64,000 nt of DNA. It comes from Heteronotia binoei (Eukaryota). Positions 14,140 through 26,261 of the stretch are shown here, one piece after another; position 1 is the stretch's first letter; every line of letters begins with the position of its first letter. The notes beneath the pieces are model-generated. The model was not told the DNA's origin. It saw nothing but the letters and a program-made list of their open reading frames with translations, and made no database searches. Location: assembly GCF_032191835.1 (NCBI RefSeq), contig NC_083230.1, positions 84,382,001 to 84,446,000 of the forward strand, given 5' to 3'. Made by a program: the position numbers and the translations under genes.

Positions 14140-14145
14140 TTTATT
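14140..14145 (-). terminator. Probable NOL12 polyadenylation signal AATAAA
   Basis: TTTATT on + strand ~560 nt past the stop, followed on - strand by U/GU-rich tttttagtgtttg. Confidence 0.55.
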
Positions 14146-14702
14146 TATCAACAACAGAAATACCTCAGAAGAACTATTACTGTGTCTGTTCACCCACTGG
14201 AACACGGTGTTGTACAGTAAGAACCCATGGCACCAGATTTCCTGGTAGGGATGGTCTGGGATATCACAGAGGTGAAAAACCATTCATGCAAGAGCAAGAA
14301 CACGAATGCCAAGTGGACCCTGCCAGGAGACTTGTGACACTAAATGGATCTGGCTGTCATCCACACCTGGATAGGCAGAGAAGGAAGCACTCTCCCTTTC
14401 TGTCACAGGAGGGAAAAAAAGTTATGCTGAGAGAGCCCTACACAGTACAAGCAAACTTCCTCAGGAGCACTGTACCTGGAGAAGTGTGCTTGCGCACTTA
14501 GGGGCAGAAAGTCTTTGTGCAAGACAAAGAGATTACCCAACATTCCTCAACTCCTGGATTAGTTCAGGAGACTTCTGCAGCTCAACAGCCATTCTCCAAC
14601 AATGGAGTCACAATTTGTATAAAATGGGCTTTCCTAGGAAGCCATACTGCCGAAAAGCCATTTGCTTCTGCTCACATCACCACCTTCCTTTCCTTTTGGT
14701 CA

Positions 14703-14874
14703 TCAGTCTTGAACACGATGGCCTTTGCCTGTCATTCTTCGACGCTGGGACTTGCTTGTTCGGCCTGTACTTGGTTTCTGGGCTTTCTTCTTTACTCTTA
14801 GACTCTGTTTAGACAGCTTGCCTTTGGTCTTTTTTTCGCTGCGAGTATGGAGAGAGGCGGTGAGCGAAGAGATC
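14703..14874 (-). CDS. NOL12: NOL12 exon 6, coding part (ISSLTASLH...GKGHRVQD*)
   Basis: Acceptor atacag|G; TGA at 14705-14703; basic C-terminal tail. Confidence 0.94.
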
Positions 14875-17800
14875 CTGTATAGGGTGGAAGACAGTTAGTT
14901 CTAGAGCCATACAAAGTTTCCAGTCTACTATAGAGCTCCTTCTGCCTCACTGCCTTCCCTCCCTCTTTGCCCTACCCCAATGCTAGGAGACAACTTCAGC
15001 AGAAGGCCCATGATGCAGTTCTACAACTGATATTAAGCAGGTGTATTTATTTGTTTAATATACCTATATATAAGCCCACATTTCTCCAGAACAAATGGGA
15101 CCCAAGGAAGGTAAACATGGGAGTGTTCTGCAACTCGTCAGCAGTGACTGGAACACACATGTAAGTCACTTAAGGCTCCTTGAAGAAAGAATGTGGTACG
15201 CTAAAACACACCCATGGAACTGCCTCCTGCAAGTCACTGTACTGTTTCTTATATCTGAAATTATTAATCATATGAACATATGAAGCTGCCTTATACTGAA
15301 CCAGACCCTTGGTCCATCAAAGTCAGTATTGTCTTCTCAGACTGGCAGCGGCTCTCCAGGGTCTCAAGCTGAGGTTTTTCACACCTATTTGCCTGGACCC
15401 TTTTTTGGAGATGCCAGGGATTGAACCTGGGACCTTCTGCTTCCCAAGCAGATGCTCTACCACTGAGCCACCATCCCTCCCCCAAACCTCTTTCCTTGAG
15501 ACCTACTTCTTCTACAAAGACCACCCTCAGCCTAGTCTTAGCTACACTATCATGTCCACACAGCCTTCTTCTGCCCCAATCATGGCTGTCCTTGTCCATG
15601 TCTCTCCAATTATGTCTTGCCTTCCTAAATGCAACTCAAATTATCTGGTGTATCATATGTGTGTATTTTGGATTCCTTATCTTGTTTTTCTTTGTTAAAG
15701 CACTTCAAGCATAATAGTATACAATTTTATTTTTAAAAAGCATAAAACCCACATTGTTGGAACAGTAGAATTTTTAAAAGTAAGTCATAAAACAACACAG
15801 ATTTAATTTGCCCCTAACATAGATTGAGCAAGGACAATAGGAAGTTGGCTGCCCTCTTGTGGCGCAACAAAGAATCAGAATTTTACTGTTTGAGTCTAAC
15901 CAAGCAAGAAGCAACCAGTGTTAGACTGCAAGTTGCCACCAAACAGTTTAAAAACTGGGTTTCTATATTTATTTTATTAAACACATATTCTACCCTCCCT
16001 TAGCGGGCTCTTGCAGAAAAGGGTAGGCAAGAGAAGGGTGCAACATCCTTCTCTTTCCTACACTGCAGAGAGTAGACATTCAACAGCAGATTTTTCAGAG
16101 ATTGATCTGTAATCAAAATGGAGAAAGATTCCCCACCCCCAACACAAAGCTTTCAGCAAGCTCTTCAGAGGATAGATAGAATGATTCACATTTTTATAGA
16201 ATCATAGAGTTGGAAGGGACCTCTAGGGTCATCTAGTCCAACCCCCTGCACAGTGCAGGAAACTCACAAATACCTCTCCCTAAATTCACAGGATCTTCAT
16301 TAGCAGGAGGCCATCTAGCCTCTGTTTAAAAACCTCCAAGGACGGAGAGCCCACCACCTCCCTAGGAAGCCTGTTCCACTGAGGAATCGCTCTAACGGTC
16401 TTCCTAATGTCAAGCTGGAAACTCTTTTGATTGGTTCTGGTCCTACCTTCCGGGGCCACAGAAAACAATTCCACACCATCCTCTATCCACCAGCCCTTCA
16501 AGTCCTTGAAAATGGTGATCATATCACCTCTCAGCCACCTCCTCTCCAGGCTAAACATCCCCAGCTCCTTCAACCTTTCCTCATAGGACTTGGTCTCCAG
16601 ACCCCTAACCATCTTCGTCGCCCTCCTCTGGACCCGTTCCAGCTTATCTATATCCTTCTTAAAATTTGCCCCAAACTGAACACAATACTCCAGGTTAGGT
16701 CTTACCAGAGCAGAGTAAAGTGATACCATCACTTCATGTGATCTGGACACTATACTTCTGTTGATACAGCCCAAAATCCTTTTTAGTCACCACATCACAC
16801 TGTTGACTCATGTTCAGCGTATGATCCACTAAGACCCCTAGATCCTTTTCACACATACTACTGCTAAGACAAGTCTCCCCTATCCTATAACCAAGCATTG
16901 GATTTTTCCTGCCTAAATGCAGAACTTTACATTTATCCCTATTAAAATTCATTTTATTGGTTTTAGCCCAGTTTTCCAGCCTGTCAAGGTCATCCTGTAT
17001 CCTGTTTCTGTCTTCTACTGTTTTTTCAACCCCTCCCAATTTAGTATCATCAGCAAATTTAATAAGCATTCCCTCTATTCCTTCATCCAAATCATTTATA
17101 AAGATGTTGAACAAAACAGGTCCCAGGACAGATCCTTGAGGCACTCCACTTATCACTCCTCTCCAAGAGGATGAGGAACCATTCACAAGCACTCTTTGGG
17201 TGCGATCTGTCAACCAGTTACAGATCCACCTAACAGTAACAGGATCCAAACCACATTTTACCAACTTTTCAACAAGGATAGTATGTGGAACCTTATGGTC
17301 AAAGAAAAGATAAAAACAGTGTTAGAGCTACCTCTCAGAGAGGAAAGGGTCTCTAGATTTCTTAGGCAATGTTGATTTTCTTGAGTCATCATCTTCTCTT
17401 TTTTGCCCACCATTTTCCTAATGAAAAGCCAGAAAGCACCATTCAAAAAGTTGCCAGAGGAAACATTTACTTCCCAAGTATAATTAGCCAAATAATTCAC
17501 TAAAGTGCAGATTAATAAGTGTGGATATTACAGAAATGGTTGTTACAAAAATTATTCACTTTGAATGACAGCCACTTTTATAAATACAGGTAGGGATGTG
17601 TGCTTGGTATAAACCAAGTCAAACACCCCCCCTCCCCCCAAAAAATACCTTATTGGTATTTATCGGGTATTTACACAGCTGGTTACCAAGTGGCCTACTG
17701 ATTCATCTATCCAAAACCGGCTGTCCTGAAAAATCCCCCAAATATTCAGGATTTTCAGGACCACCAGATAGCTGCAGTTAAAAGGCACCTGCAGCTTGCA

Positions 17801-20800
17801 AAGGCTTTTAAAGGGACCACAGTCCTTTAAATGCCCTACCCCCCACTGAAAACAATCGAGGATGGGGTGGCTATGTTAGGCAGTGCAGTTGAAACTGGGA
17901 TGCCTAGCAGAATCCCAGCTGAGTCTCTGGGGAGAACTCTCCCCATAGGTTTGGCTCCTGAGCAGGCTCTGTTGGGCACCATGGTTTAAACTGGGCTGCC
18001 CAGCAGAGCCTGCAGGGAGAAAACTCAGCTGGGGCTGGCTCCCCTTATCAGCCCCTGCAAAGAGGAACCAGCACAGGATCAGCTGGGGTGGCATGGAGCT
18101 CTAAGCTCCTGTCACCCCAGCTGGTTCTCTCATTTTTCACCCCCTTGGGTCCATTGGACCTTTAAAAATTCAGGAATCCCAAATACTTCCCAACTCCAAA
18201 TACCATATCGATAGTGGGATTCAGGAACATCGGGAAATACCGATATTTTTTGGGTTCAATATACCAAAACCCCCAAAATACCAGAGGGTTTTGTTTTCTT
18301 TTAAAAGGTAAAGGTAGTCCCCTGTGCAAGCACCAGTCGTTTCCGACTCTGGGGTGACGTTGCTTTCACGACATTTTCCCAGCAGACGTTTTATGGGGTG
18401 GTTTGCCATTGCCTTCCCCAGTCATCTACCCTTTCCCCCCAGCAAGCTGGGTACTCATTTTACCAACCTTGGAAGGATGGAAGGCTGAGTCAACCTTGAG
18501 CCAGCTACCTGAACCAGCTTCTGCTGTGATCGAACTCAGTCATGAGCAGAGAGTTTGGACTGCAGTACTGCAGCTTTACCACTCTGCGCCATGGGGCTGC
18601 TTTCTTGTTTTCTTTTTGCACACCCCTAAAAACAGGATAAGTTTTACAAGTGCAGATCTATTGTGATCAAGGAAGTCCCAATTCAAGTTTCACCCACTTA
18701 GCAGAATCAGAAAAACCTAATCTCTCCCACCATCTGCAACATACAGATAATACTGGCCTACCATACAGCGGTGTTCTAAGGATTTGTGTGTGTGTGTAGT
18801 GCTGTCAAGTCACAGTTGATTTCTGGCAACTTGTAGGGTTTACTGAAACGCTGGGTATAAAATGCTTTGAAACCATTCCCACCACCCTACAAAATGCTAA
18901 GTAAATGCTGAGTAGTATTAGATAATGAATCTGCATAATAGAAAAATAGTTTTTAAAACTAAGTATATTGAGGGTGTAGATGAGAAGGGAGCACTCACTG
19001 GAGAAGACCCTGATGCTGAGAAAGACAGAAGGCAAAAGAAGAAGGGGACGGCAAAAGATCAGATGACTGGACAGTGTTACTTATATAACCAACATGAATT
19101 TGAGCAGACTTCAGAGGATGGTGGAGGACAGGAGGGCCTGGCGTGACTTGGTCCATGAGGTCACAAAGAGTCGACCTTGACTATGCAACTGAACAACAAC
19201 AAAGATGATGCCCATGTGTTGAAGTCAGCATCAGCTTAAAATAGGAATCTACCCTTTCTCTTACATACAAAAAGGAATGTCTTAGATTGCATTTGTTTTT
19301 TTTAAAGTATTTGTATTAAGGTTTTTTAATTGATAAATGCAGGAGATTGGCAAAAAAAAAAAAGATTAATTCTGAATCCAGAATTTCTGACACTTTTTCA
19401 CACTGTATCTACAAAATCCACAAATGTGTTACGTACTCCTAAAACTTTCAAGCAAACAGAAGCATTACCTCTTGACTGTCCAGCCCCAGCAGACGTGCTC
19501 CTGAGAGGTCGAGGTCACTGACTGTAGTAACAGTAACTGTGTGGTTTGGGTGATCGTAGTTCACCAACTCCTTCTGTGAGGTCACCATATACTCCAACTG
19601 GTCAGCCTCATCTGAAGAGGTTAAAGGAGAACATAGAATTCTGAAAGCAGTTTCCCCAATCAAACTGTTGGAGACCACCACATTCAAAGTGGAGATGTTA
19701 CAACAGAAACTGCTGGATCTCCTTTCTAAGTCTGAGCTCTTCTCACATGCTGCAGTACTACTTCCTTCCCCATGCATTCACAGTTCTGGAACTAGGAACT
19801 TATTGACCCCCTCCTGCCTATAATTTAACCTGCACACAGTATTATACACAATACAACGTGCCTCATAGTAAACATGCTTAAGAAAGACATAGAAGATTAA
19901 CTGCAGTGCAGACCACAATTCCCAACTCACTCACTCCATACACTCTGCTCTCCCCACCCATAACTGACCTGACCTTTCAGCATAAGAAAGGATGCTCACC
20001 TAAGGCTTCCTCTCGCTCTTTCAGCATCTTCATGTATTCCTTGTGGCGCTACACATAAAAAACAAACACAAACAAACCCCAATCATTTTTGGATTATCAA
20101 CCGCTTGCTTGGTTTCTCCCAAATACTAGATGAAAACCTACCACCCTAAATGCCCATCTTGCTTTTGATTCCTCCAGAGTGTGGCATAAATAAGTTATTT
20201 ATGATTTATTTAAGCTACTTATAAAATGCCACTTGAAGAAAAGTACTCAAAGCAGCTCAGCAATTAATAAAATGCAAATATAATAAAACTGAAAAGCATT
20301 TAAAACAATGATTTTTAAAACTGGTTCACACATAAGACGATGCCATCAAGGCACATATTACAAAGCTAGTATCTGACCCTACTAAAGCTGCAATCCTACA
20401 CAGATTAACTTACAAGTCATTATGCAGAGTTTAGCAGGACCAAAGCATTTATAGGATTGGGTTGCATCTCTAAGACTAGAAAACCAGGAGAAACAATGGA
20501 AGGTGATGATGATATTGGATTTATATCCCGCCCTATACTCTGAATCTCAGAGAGGTTACAATCTCCTTTACCCCGCCCCCCCCCCCCGTCCAACAGACAC
20601 CCTGTGAGGTAGGTGGGGCTAAAAGAGCTCTTACAGCAACTGCCTTTTCAAGGACAACTCCTTCGAAAGCTATGGCTGACCCAAGGCCATTCCAGCAGCT
20701 GCAAGTAGAGGAGCGGGGAATCAAACCCGGTTCTCCCTGATAAGAGTCCACGCACTTAACCACTACACCAAAGTGAAGTAAGACAGTAAAAGAAAGTGTA

Positions 20801-23800
20801 ATTATACACACACTCAATGATATCCTAGAGCAGGGACCTCCAGCCTTTTTGAGCCTGCAGGCACTTTAGAATTCTGACACAGGGCGGTAGGTGCAACCCC
20901 CTAAAAAAAAGTTGCTACAGGAGGTACACCCAACCACAAAATGTCAGGAAATGAATGCATAAATCTAATAGTAACTCTTCAACATTTATAACTTTTTAAC
21001 TGGCCACAGCCAGTTTATTTTATGAGAAGCTTCCTTGGCAATAGCAATTGGCAGCTAGCATCCTCCAAGACATCTGCGGTTTTCATGTAGTCTGGCAGAC
21101 TGGACTTAAATGGACTTCCCAGCTGGTTTAGGGCTAAAGCCCTCATATTGTCACAAGCTGTTTCAGTGAACACAGAGAAGAAAACTGGATGAAAGCAGCA
21201 CACTAGGTGACTCCTAATTACCTTTCATGTGCTTCCATTAGCTGTGGAGACATAATGCTACAGAGTTCAGCTATACTTTATCACTAGGAAAGGCTGTCAG
21301 AATGTTGAACTATTATGAACCTCTTTGAGATCTAGGGTACGAACAGAACTGGGTGCTTTGCCTGTTCTAATTTAAACAAGATGTTGTATAAAGGCACGGC
21401 CTCCAAAAGAGAATTGTCTTGCCTTACCACCATATTCTTTGTATCAAGTCCTACACATCCCTCAACTACAGAAGGCCAGCTTGAATCTCAAATTCCTCAT
21501 TCCTGATGTATGTGGCATTTAATAAAAGCAAAATTTCTTTTTATAATTTTGGGATCAAAAAATGTACAAAGCCTGTAACAAGAACAGGCTCCCGCTGCCC
21601 TTTGTGGCCTCCACTGGAAAGAGGGAAGGTGTTGTGATTTGTTTCAGTAGAAAAGCCCCCTGCTTTACACACTGGTGCCTGTTGCACTGTCAGCCATCCC
21701 TCTACTCCAAAACACTAAAAGACACAGTACCTCTTCCTTCATCTTCTGTTGTTCTTCCTTTAGTTTGCGCTTTATCTCCTCCACAGCTATTTTCCTCCTC
21801 TCAACCTTTCGCTTGTGGAATCCTGTCAAGTATTCCCTGAGAACACAACCATGGTAAGTTAGCTGCATGGAAGTAAGCCAAAAAGAGAGCCATTTTCTTC
21901 CTGTGGAATTTCACAAACAAGCTAACCACAAACAATCAGCAGACAAAACATGTCATTTAAATTGCCTGCAAGTAACATTTTGTAAAACAAAAGAATAACT
22001 GTACATAAGCATAAAATAAAACCATGCAACTACCAATGCCTAAGCAATGGGTATGCCACAAATCTATTAGAAAAGATTTGGAAAAGATAAATAAAATTAA
22101 TTTTTCCCCACACTGTAAAAATTCCCAGAAAAAATTCCAAAGAAATAAGTAGATTCCACCCCCCCCCCCAAAAAAAACCCAAGAGAGACCTTGTAATAAT
22201 TGGTCATGAGCCTTGGGTCTCAGTCATAGGAAGGGACAACAGGGGGGATCCTGATACATGCTGTGATGCTCTATGCGCTCATCCAAAACCAATGGCAAAG
22301 TTAAGTAGTAGCTAAGTTATATGGATCCTGCTCCTGGCCACTTAACAACCCCTCTAAGTTTCCATGTGGACACATCTATACATGTCCAGGGCTGCCCAGT
22401 TCACCAATGGGCAAACTACGTTTTCTGTGTTTTTTCCTCCTGTTTTAGTGATAAGAGAAAATACATCTGTTTATTTATTTACTATATTTGGAAGTCACTG
22501 TTCTCAATGAGACTCAAAGAAGATTATGTGGTTATAAGTCAATAAGAGGAGACATCTAATAAGCACAATGTTGGTCTCTAAAATTAATATAAGCAATCAA
22601 CTAAATTTCTCTTTTGTAATGCAAACACTAAACCGGGGTGGGGTAGGGATAAAAAGAATGAAGGGTCACTGAGGTACAAGATCTGGTTGTAGCACATTCA
22701 TAAGCTAAAAGATTTCTGACCTGGATGGCCCAGGCTAGTCTGATCTTTTCAGATCTTGGAAGCTAAGCAGAGGCAAGCCCTGGCTAGTGTTGGGATGGGC
22801 AACCTCCAAGGAATACCAGGGGTCTGATGCAGAGCCAGGCAATGGAAAACCACCTCTGAATTGCCTCTTGTCTTGAAAGCAAGTCTAGCTTGCCCCCAGT
22901 CATGCACATTGCAGGCACCTGAATTGCCTCTTGCCTTGAAAGCAAGTCTAGTTTGCCCCTAGTCATGCATAATGCTAAAAGCTAGAACTTCTGGCTGTCA
23001 GACAATCTTAGGATCTCCTTGCTTTACTGCACACACTGCCATGCAATAATCATTATTTATTATTATTTAAAAATACTGCTATTCTTTCACCCCACAAAGA
23101 TCACTGGAGCCAAAGCCCAAACAGCCTAGTCATAGAATCACAGACTCATAGAGTAGGAAAGGACCTCCAGGGTTATCTACTCCAACCCATTGCACAGTGC
23201 AGGAAACTCACAAATACCTCCCCCCAGACTGTGACATCTGCTCCACACCCAGAAGAAGTCCTCAATCAGTGGTAAGCCTGAGTCTGGGTTTTACTATTTC
23301 AGACTAATAGCAAGAGCCAGCATGAATGAATACACCATACAGAGAACTCGAAAGAGACATTGCAGGCACCTAACCTAACCTTCTTCATGACTTGTAATTA
23401 TATATTCTATATGCAGGGATTAGTTCTGTATGGAAGCCTGTTTAACTATCTGCTACCTACAAGACCCTACAACTCAGACACAAAAACGTACATCTCAGCA
23501 AGAACCAGGCCTATTTTGAACATCACACACTCGAATACTCTCACTCAGACCTGAGTCAGTCCCACTGAAGAAGAGGCTGTATGGGCTGTACCCCTAAGCA
23601 CACTAAGAGGAGATGGAGGGTTAGAGAGAGGAAAAGACAGTAGTACCAGACGGATCAAGTCGATGCTTCCCAAATTAGCAACCTGCGGCAGTGAATGTAT
23701 CATCACGGTATTCCTCTGCCAGGGTGGGAAGGGCAATATCCAGAAGAGGGGCGAAGGTCTCCTCTCTCCCCACGTGGTAGCACAACAGTCCAGTCCAGTA

Positions 23801-24127
23801 TACACGGTTCAATTAACGTGTAAACAATGCATGGGCAGTATACATACGATGTTTCTTTGCACATACTTTAAGTCATTCGTACACAGCTAAAAGCACAATG
23901 TTCCTCCCCCCTCCCGCCCCCATGTACTGGTCCCTGGTTTTGTTCTCAGGATGCACGTGGGTTCGCTGTAACTACAGGAAGGTGGCCCAATGTCATTCTC
24001 CCGTGTCTACCACTTCTTCATCCTCCTCCTTCCCTACGACTTACCGTCGACTCTCCTCATCGAAGATTATGACTCGCCGGAGTTCCGAAGCGGCGTCTCG
24101 CCGATTCTTCTTGTTTTTGCGACCCAT
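14703..24127 (-). CDS. NOL12: NOL12 nucleolar protein 12 (Rrp17/Nop25 family), 6 coding exons, 212 aa; complement join(24045-24127,21731-21836,20000-20048,19469-19611,17332-17417,14703-14874)
   Basis: Exon lengths 83+106+49+143+86+172=639 nt, one open frame, all GT-AG. Peptides [64 protein letters not shown] and [11 protein letters not shown] match recalled NOL12. Confidence 0.96.
15270..15477 (-). mobile_element. tRNA-derived SINE (same family as 391-607) in NOL12 intron 5
   Basis: Reverse complement of the 391-607 copy with few differences. Confidence 0.85.
16196..17294 (-). mobile_element. 5'-truncated CR1 LINE (RT C-terminal half plus 3' UTR) in NOL12 intron 5, same sense as NOL12
   Basis: ORFs 16734-17264 ([26 protein letters not shown]) and 16286-16774; (ATTCTATG)-type tail atagaatcatagag. 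Confidence 0.93.
17332..17417 (-). CDS. NOL12: NOL12 exon 5 ([29 protein letters not shown])
   Basis: Acceptor ctggcttttcattag|, donor AG|GTAGCT; LPKKSRDP matches recalled human LPRKSRDP. Confidence 0.9.
17591..18628. mobile_element. hAT-type non-autonomous element containing a nested Sauria SINE
   Basis: TIRs TAGGGATGTGTGC / GCACACCCCTA; TSD AATACAGG/AAAACAGG. Confidence 0.7.
18303..18598 (-). mobile_element. Sauria SINE
   Basis: (ACCTTT)n tail, body ccagtcgtttccgactctggggtgacg...aaggctgagtcaacc; flanking duplication ttgttttctttt. Confidence 0.9.
18990..19202 (+). mobile_element. BovB (RTE) LINE 3' end
   Basis: ggagaagaccctgatgctg...gagggcctggcgtg..ggtccatgaggtcacaaagagtcg..caactgaacaacaac resembles the BovB/Bov-A 3' segment. 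Confidence 0.75.
19469..19611 (-). CDS. NOL12: NOL12 exon 4 ([48 protein letters not shown])
   Basis: Acceptor cctcttcag|, donor GAG|GTAATG. Confidence 0.95.
20000..20048 (-). CDS. NOL12: NOL12 exon 3 ([16 protein letters not shown])
   Basis: Acceptor tttttatgtgtag|, donor G|GTGAGC; 49 nt, phases fit neighbouring exons. Confidence 0.93.
20504..20771 (-). mobile_element. Squam3-type (Ther1/MIR-related) SINE in NOL12 intron 2
   Basis: Reverse complement of the 25090-25343 copy; tRNA head gtgtagtggttaagtgcgtggactcttatc. Confidence 0.8.
21731..21836 (-). CDS. NOL12: NOL12 exon 2 ([36 protein letters not shown])
   Basis: Acceptor ttctcag|, donor GAG|GTACTG; highly conserved NOL12 peptide. Confidence 0.95.
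22718..22880 (+). mobile_element. 5S rRNA-derived SINE (5S-Sauria-like)
   Basis: gatcttggaagctaagcagagg..ctggctagtgttgggatgggcaacctccaaggaatacc resembles the 5S rRNA internal promoter region, followed by non-5S ggcaatggaaaaccacc; second copy ~26262-26410 (-). Confidence 0.7.
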
Positions 24128-24290
24128 CGTGGCGGCCGCCACCACCTCAGCGAAGTTGCTTCCGCCCAGGCGGAGGAGGAGCAGCGGCTACCCCAGGCCC
24201 GGCATGCCAAACACCGCCTCTTCTGGTTCCTCTTCGCTGTTGTGAGCAGTTGCACAGCGCCTCCCGCTGGCCGTTTCCCTCCTAGGCAAG
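23985..24290. promoter_or_regulatory. CpG island / NOL12 promoter and 5' end
   Basis: Dense CpG against a CpG-poor background; ETS-like GGCGGAAGC on - strand just upstream of the ATG. Confidence 0.75.
24045..24127 (-). CDS. NOL12: NOL12 exon 1 ([27 protein letters not shown])
   Basis: Strong Kozak gccgccacgATGg; donor CG|GTAAGT; lies in CpG island. Confidence 0.95.
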
Positions 24291-25089
24291 AAGGGTGAAA
24301 AGTCACGTTCCTCTCTCATGGCTTTCCATTCAGTCATGGAAGTTCTGGCACAGTGAAAATCTCGTTCAGGTGTCATAGACCTCTATTTATGAAAAGAGGC
24401 TTTTCACCGGGTAACTGCTGCTTACTTTGCAAATATTAATTTCAACAAAAATGTGGGCCCCTGGATCTTAATTTTCTCTGGAAACAACTGCTTCTCATTC
24501 GCAAGCCTTTAATGCCTGGAGTGAAAGGACACCCCGCTCTTATTTTCATGCGGGGTTAAGCCCTGACAGGCGCCAAAAGGAGTAAATCTTAACTTTGGAA
24601 AACGGGGACCCGAGAGGAGCACTTCTATTCTAAACCGTTCTCTTCAGCTATTTGGGGGGATAAAATATGCTGGACAAGAAGAAGAAGAAGATGATATTGG
24701 ATAACAAGGTGTGTTATCTTGTGCCATTGTTGCATCTCAAATGATGCGCCTAATAGCTTTACTTCAAATAACTGCACTGGTAGACAGCCAGATTAAACCC
24801 CGTGGAGGCCCCTAGGCAGCTGAAATCTTGGGGGCCCCCCTCACAAATTGTCGCCTATTCAACCTATATGTTAATCTGGCCCTGCCTGGCCTTGTACACT
24901 TACCTGCAAAAAACTTTCACTGAACACAGCTTAGAGCACACGAAAGCTTGCATTCTGAATAAAACTAAGTTGGTCTTAAAGGTGCAATTTACTCCTATTT
25001 TGCTCTACTATTTCAGACCAACATGGCTGCCTACTTGGATCTATGAACACAGCAGGATTTACTTTAACAGAAATATACGTAAGTCTCAT

Positions 25090-25343
25090 AGAGCCAGTTT
25101 AGTGTAGTGGTTAAGTGTGTGGAGTCTTATCTGGGAGAACTGGGTTTGATTCCCCACTCCTCCACTTGCACCTGCTAGAATGGCCTTGGGTTAGCCATAG
25201 CTCTGGCAGAGGTTGTCCTTGAAAGGGCAGCTGCTTGTGAGAGCCCTCACAGGATGTCTGTGGGGGGAGAACAGGAGATTGTAAGCCACTCTGAGTCTCT
25301 GATTCAGAGAGAAGGGCGGGGTATAAATCTGCAATTCTTCTTC
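25090..25343 (+). mobile_element. Squam3-type SINE
   Basis: gagccagtttagtgtagtggttaag..ctgggtttgattccccactcctccac..ggtataaatctgcaattcttcttc. Confidence 0.8.
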
Positions 25344-25838
25344 ATTTTGGGCAGAAGATCACAGGAGTGGCGCTCCAGAACCTCTAAATTTTATTGTGCT
25401 CTTTCTTTCTTAACCCCCCCCCCCCCAAAAAAAAAACACACCCCCTTGCTTCTGGGCTTCATTGTTCAAACCCCCTTTGAGAATTTTGCTGAACTGTAGG
25501 ATTGGACAAACTTTCTAATACTTTTCCTCACAAAAAATGGGGAAATAACCAAAACATATAAAGCAGACAGATGGAAGTCTTCATCATGCCACTGTGGCCA
25601 CATAGGAAAAAGTAATTTAAAAAGGATGCTTCTTGAATTACAATTGTCATAAAATTGTCATGATAAAACCTTACTCCCAGGTCTCAGACTCAGTGGGAGC
25701 TCACAGGAGCACAGCTCCTGAACCTTTCTGAGAGTTCCACCTCCTCCTTCTAAGAGTTCCACCTCCTTGTCCATTGAAAAGTATGTGCAGCTGCATAACA
25801 ATCCCTCCACCACCTATTTTTCTACAAAATGACCCCTG

Positions 25839-25898
25839 CTTACTCCCATCATCCACACAGTGTTTTATAATAAACACTGTGTGGATGATGGGAGTAAG
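25839..25898. repeat. Perfect 27-bp inverted repeat with 6-nt spacer
   Basis: CTTACTCCCATCATCCACACAGTGTTT-tataat-AAACACTGTGTGGATGATGGGAGTAAG. Confidence 0.95.
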
Positions 25899-26261
25899 GT
25901 TTTATTATGACAAAAGAAGCATTTTAAGGTAGATGCTGAGCTGATATAATTCAGTACACCTTCCAGTGTTGCAGATGCAAAAGAGTTATGCAAATGAGGT
26001 GCTAATGAGCTCTGGCATCTCTTTTTCTATGAAATGACCCCTGAGTATATGCAAAATCAGTCTGTGATTTTGACAATATGACAAGGATGAGGGAAACAGC
26101 CTAAATAATAAAAAACCCTTCATTTAAATATGAAGAAAAACAATTATATTTTAATTGAAAAATTCACCATAATAATAGTTTACATACAAGCTGGAGGAAA
26201 ATACGTACTATTCTTAAGAATATCACAACTATATTTAATGATTCTGTCCATGAAAAGCATG

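Noticed and set aside
17258-17332. NOL12 exon 5 to CR1 RT fusion by intron retention
   Set aside because: Read-through gives AGG TAG, a stop immediately after the donor.
22718-22830. 5S rRNA gene
   Set aside because: Too diverged, no T-run terminator, and fused to a SINE-like tail.
23898-24376. ORFs antisense to or overlapping NOL12 exon 1
   Set aside because: Shadow ORFs of a CpG island with low-complexity translations.
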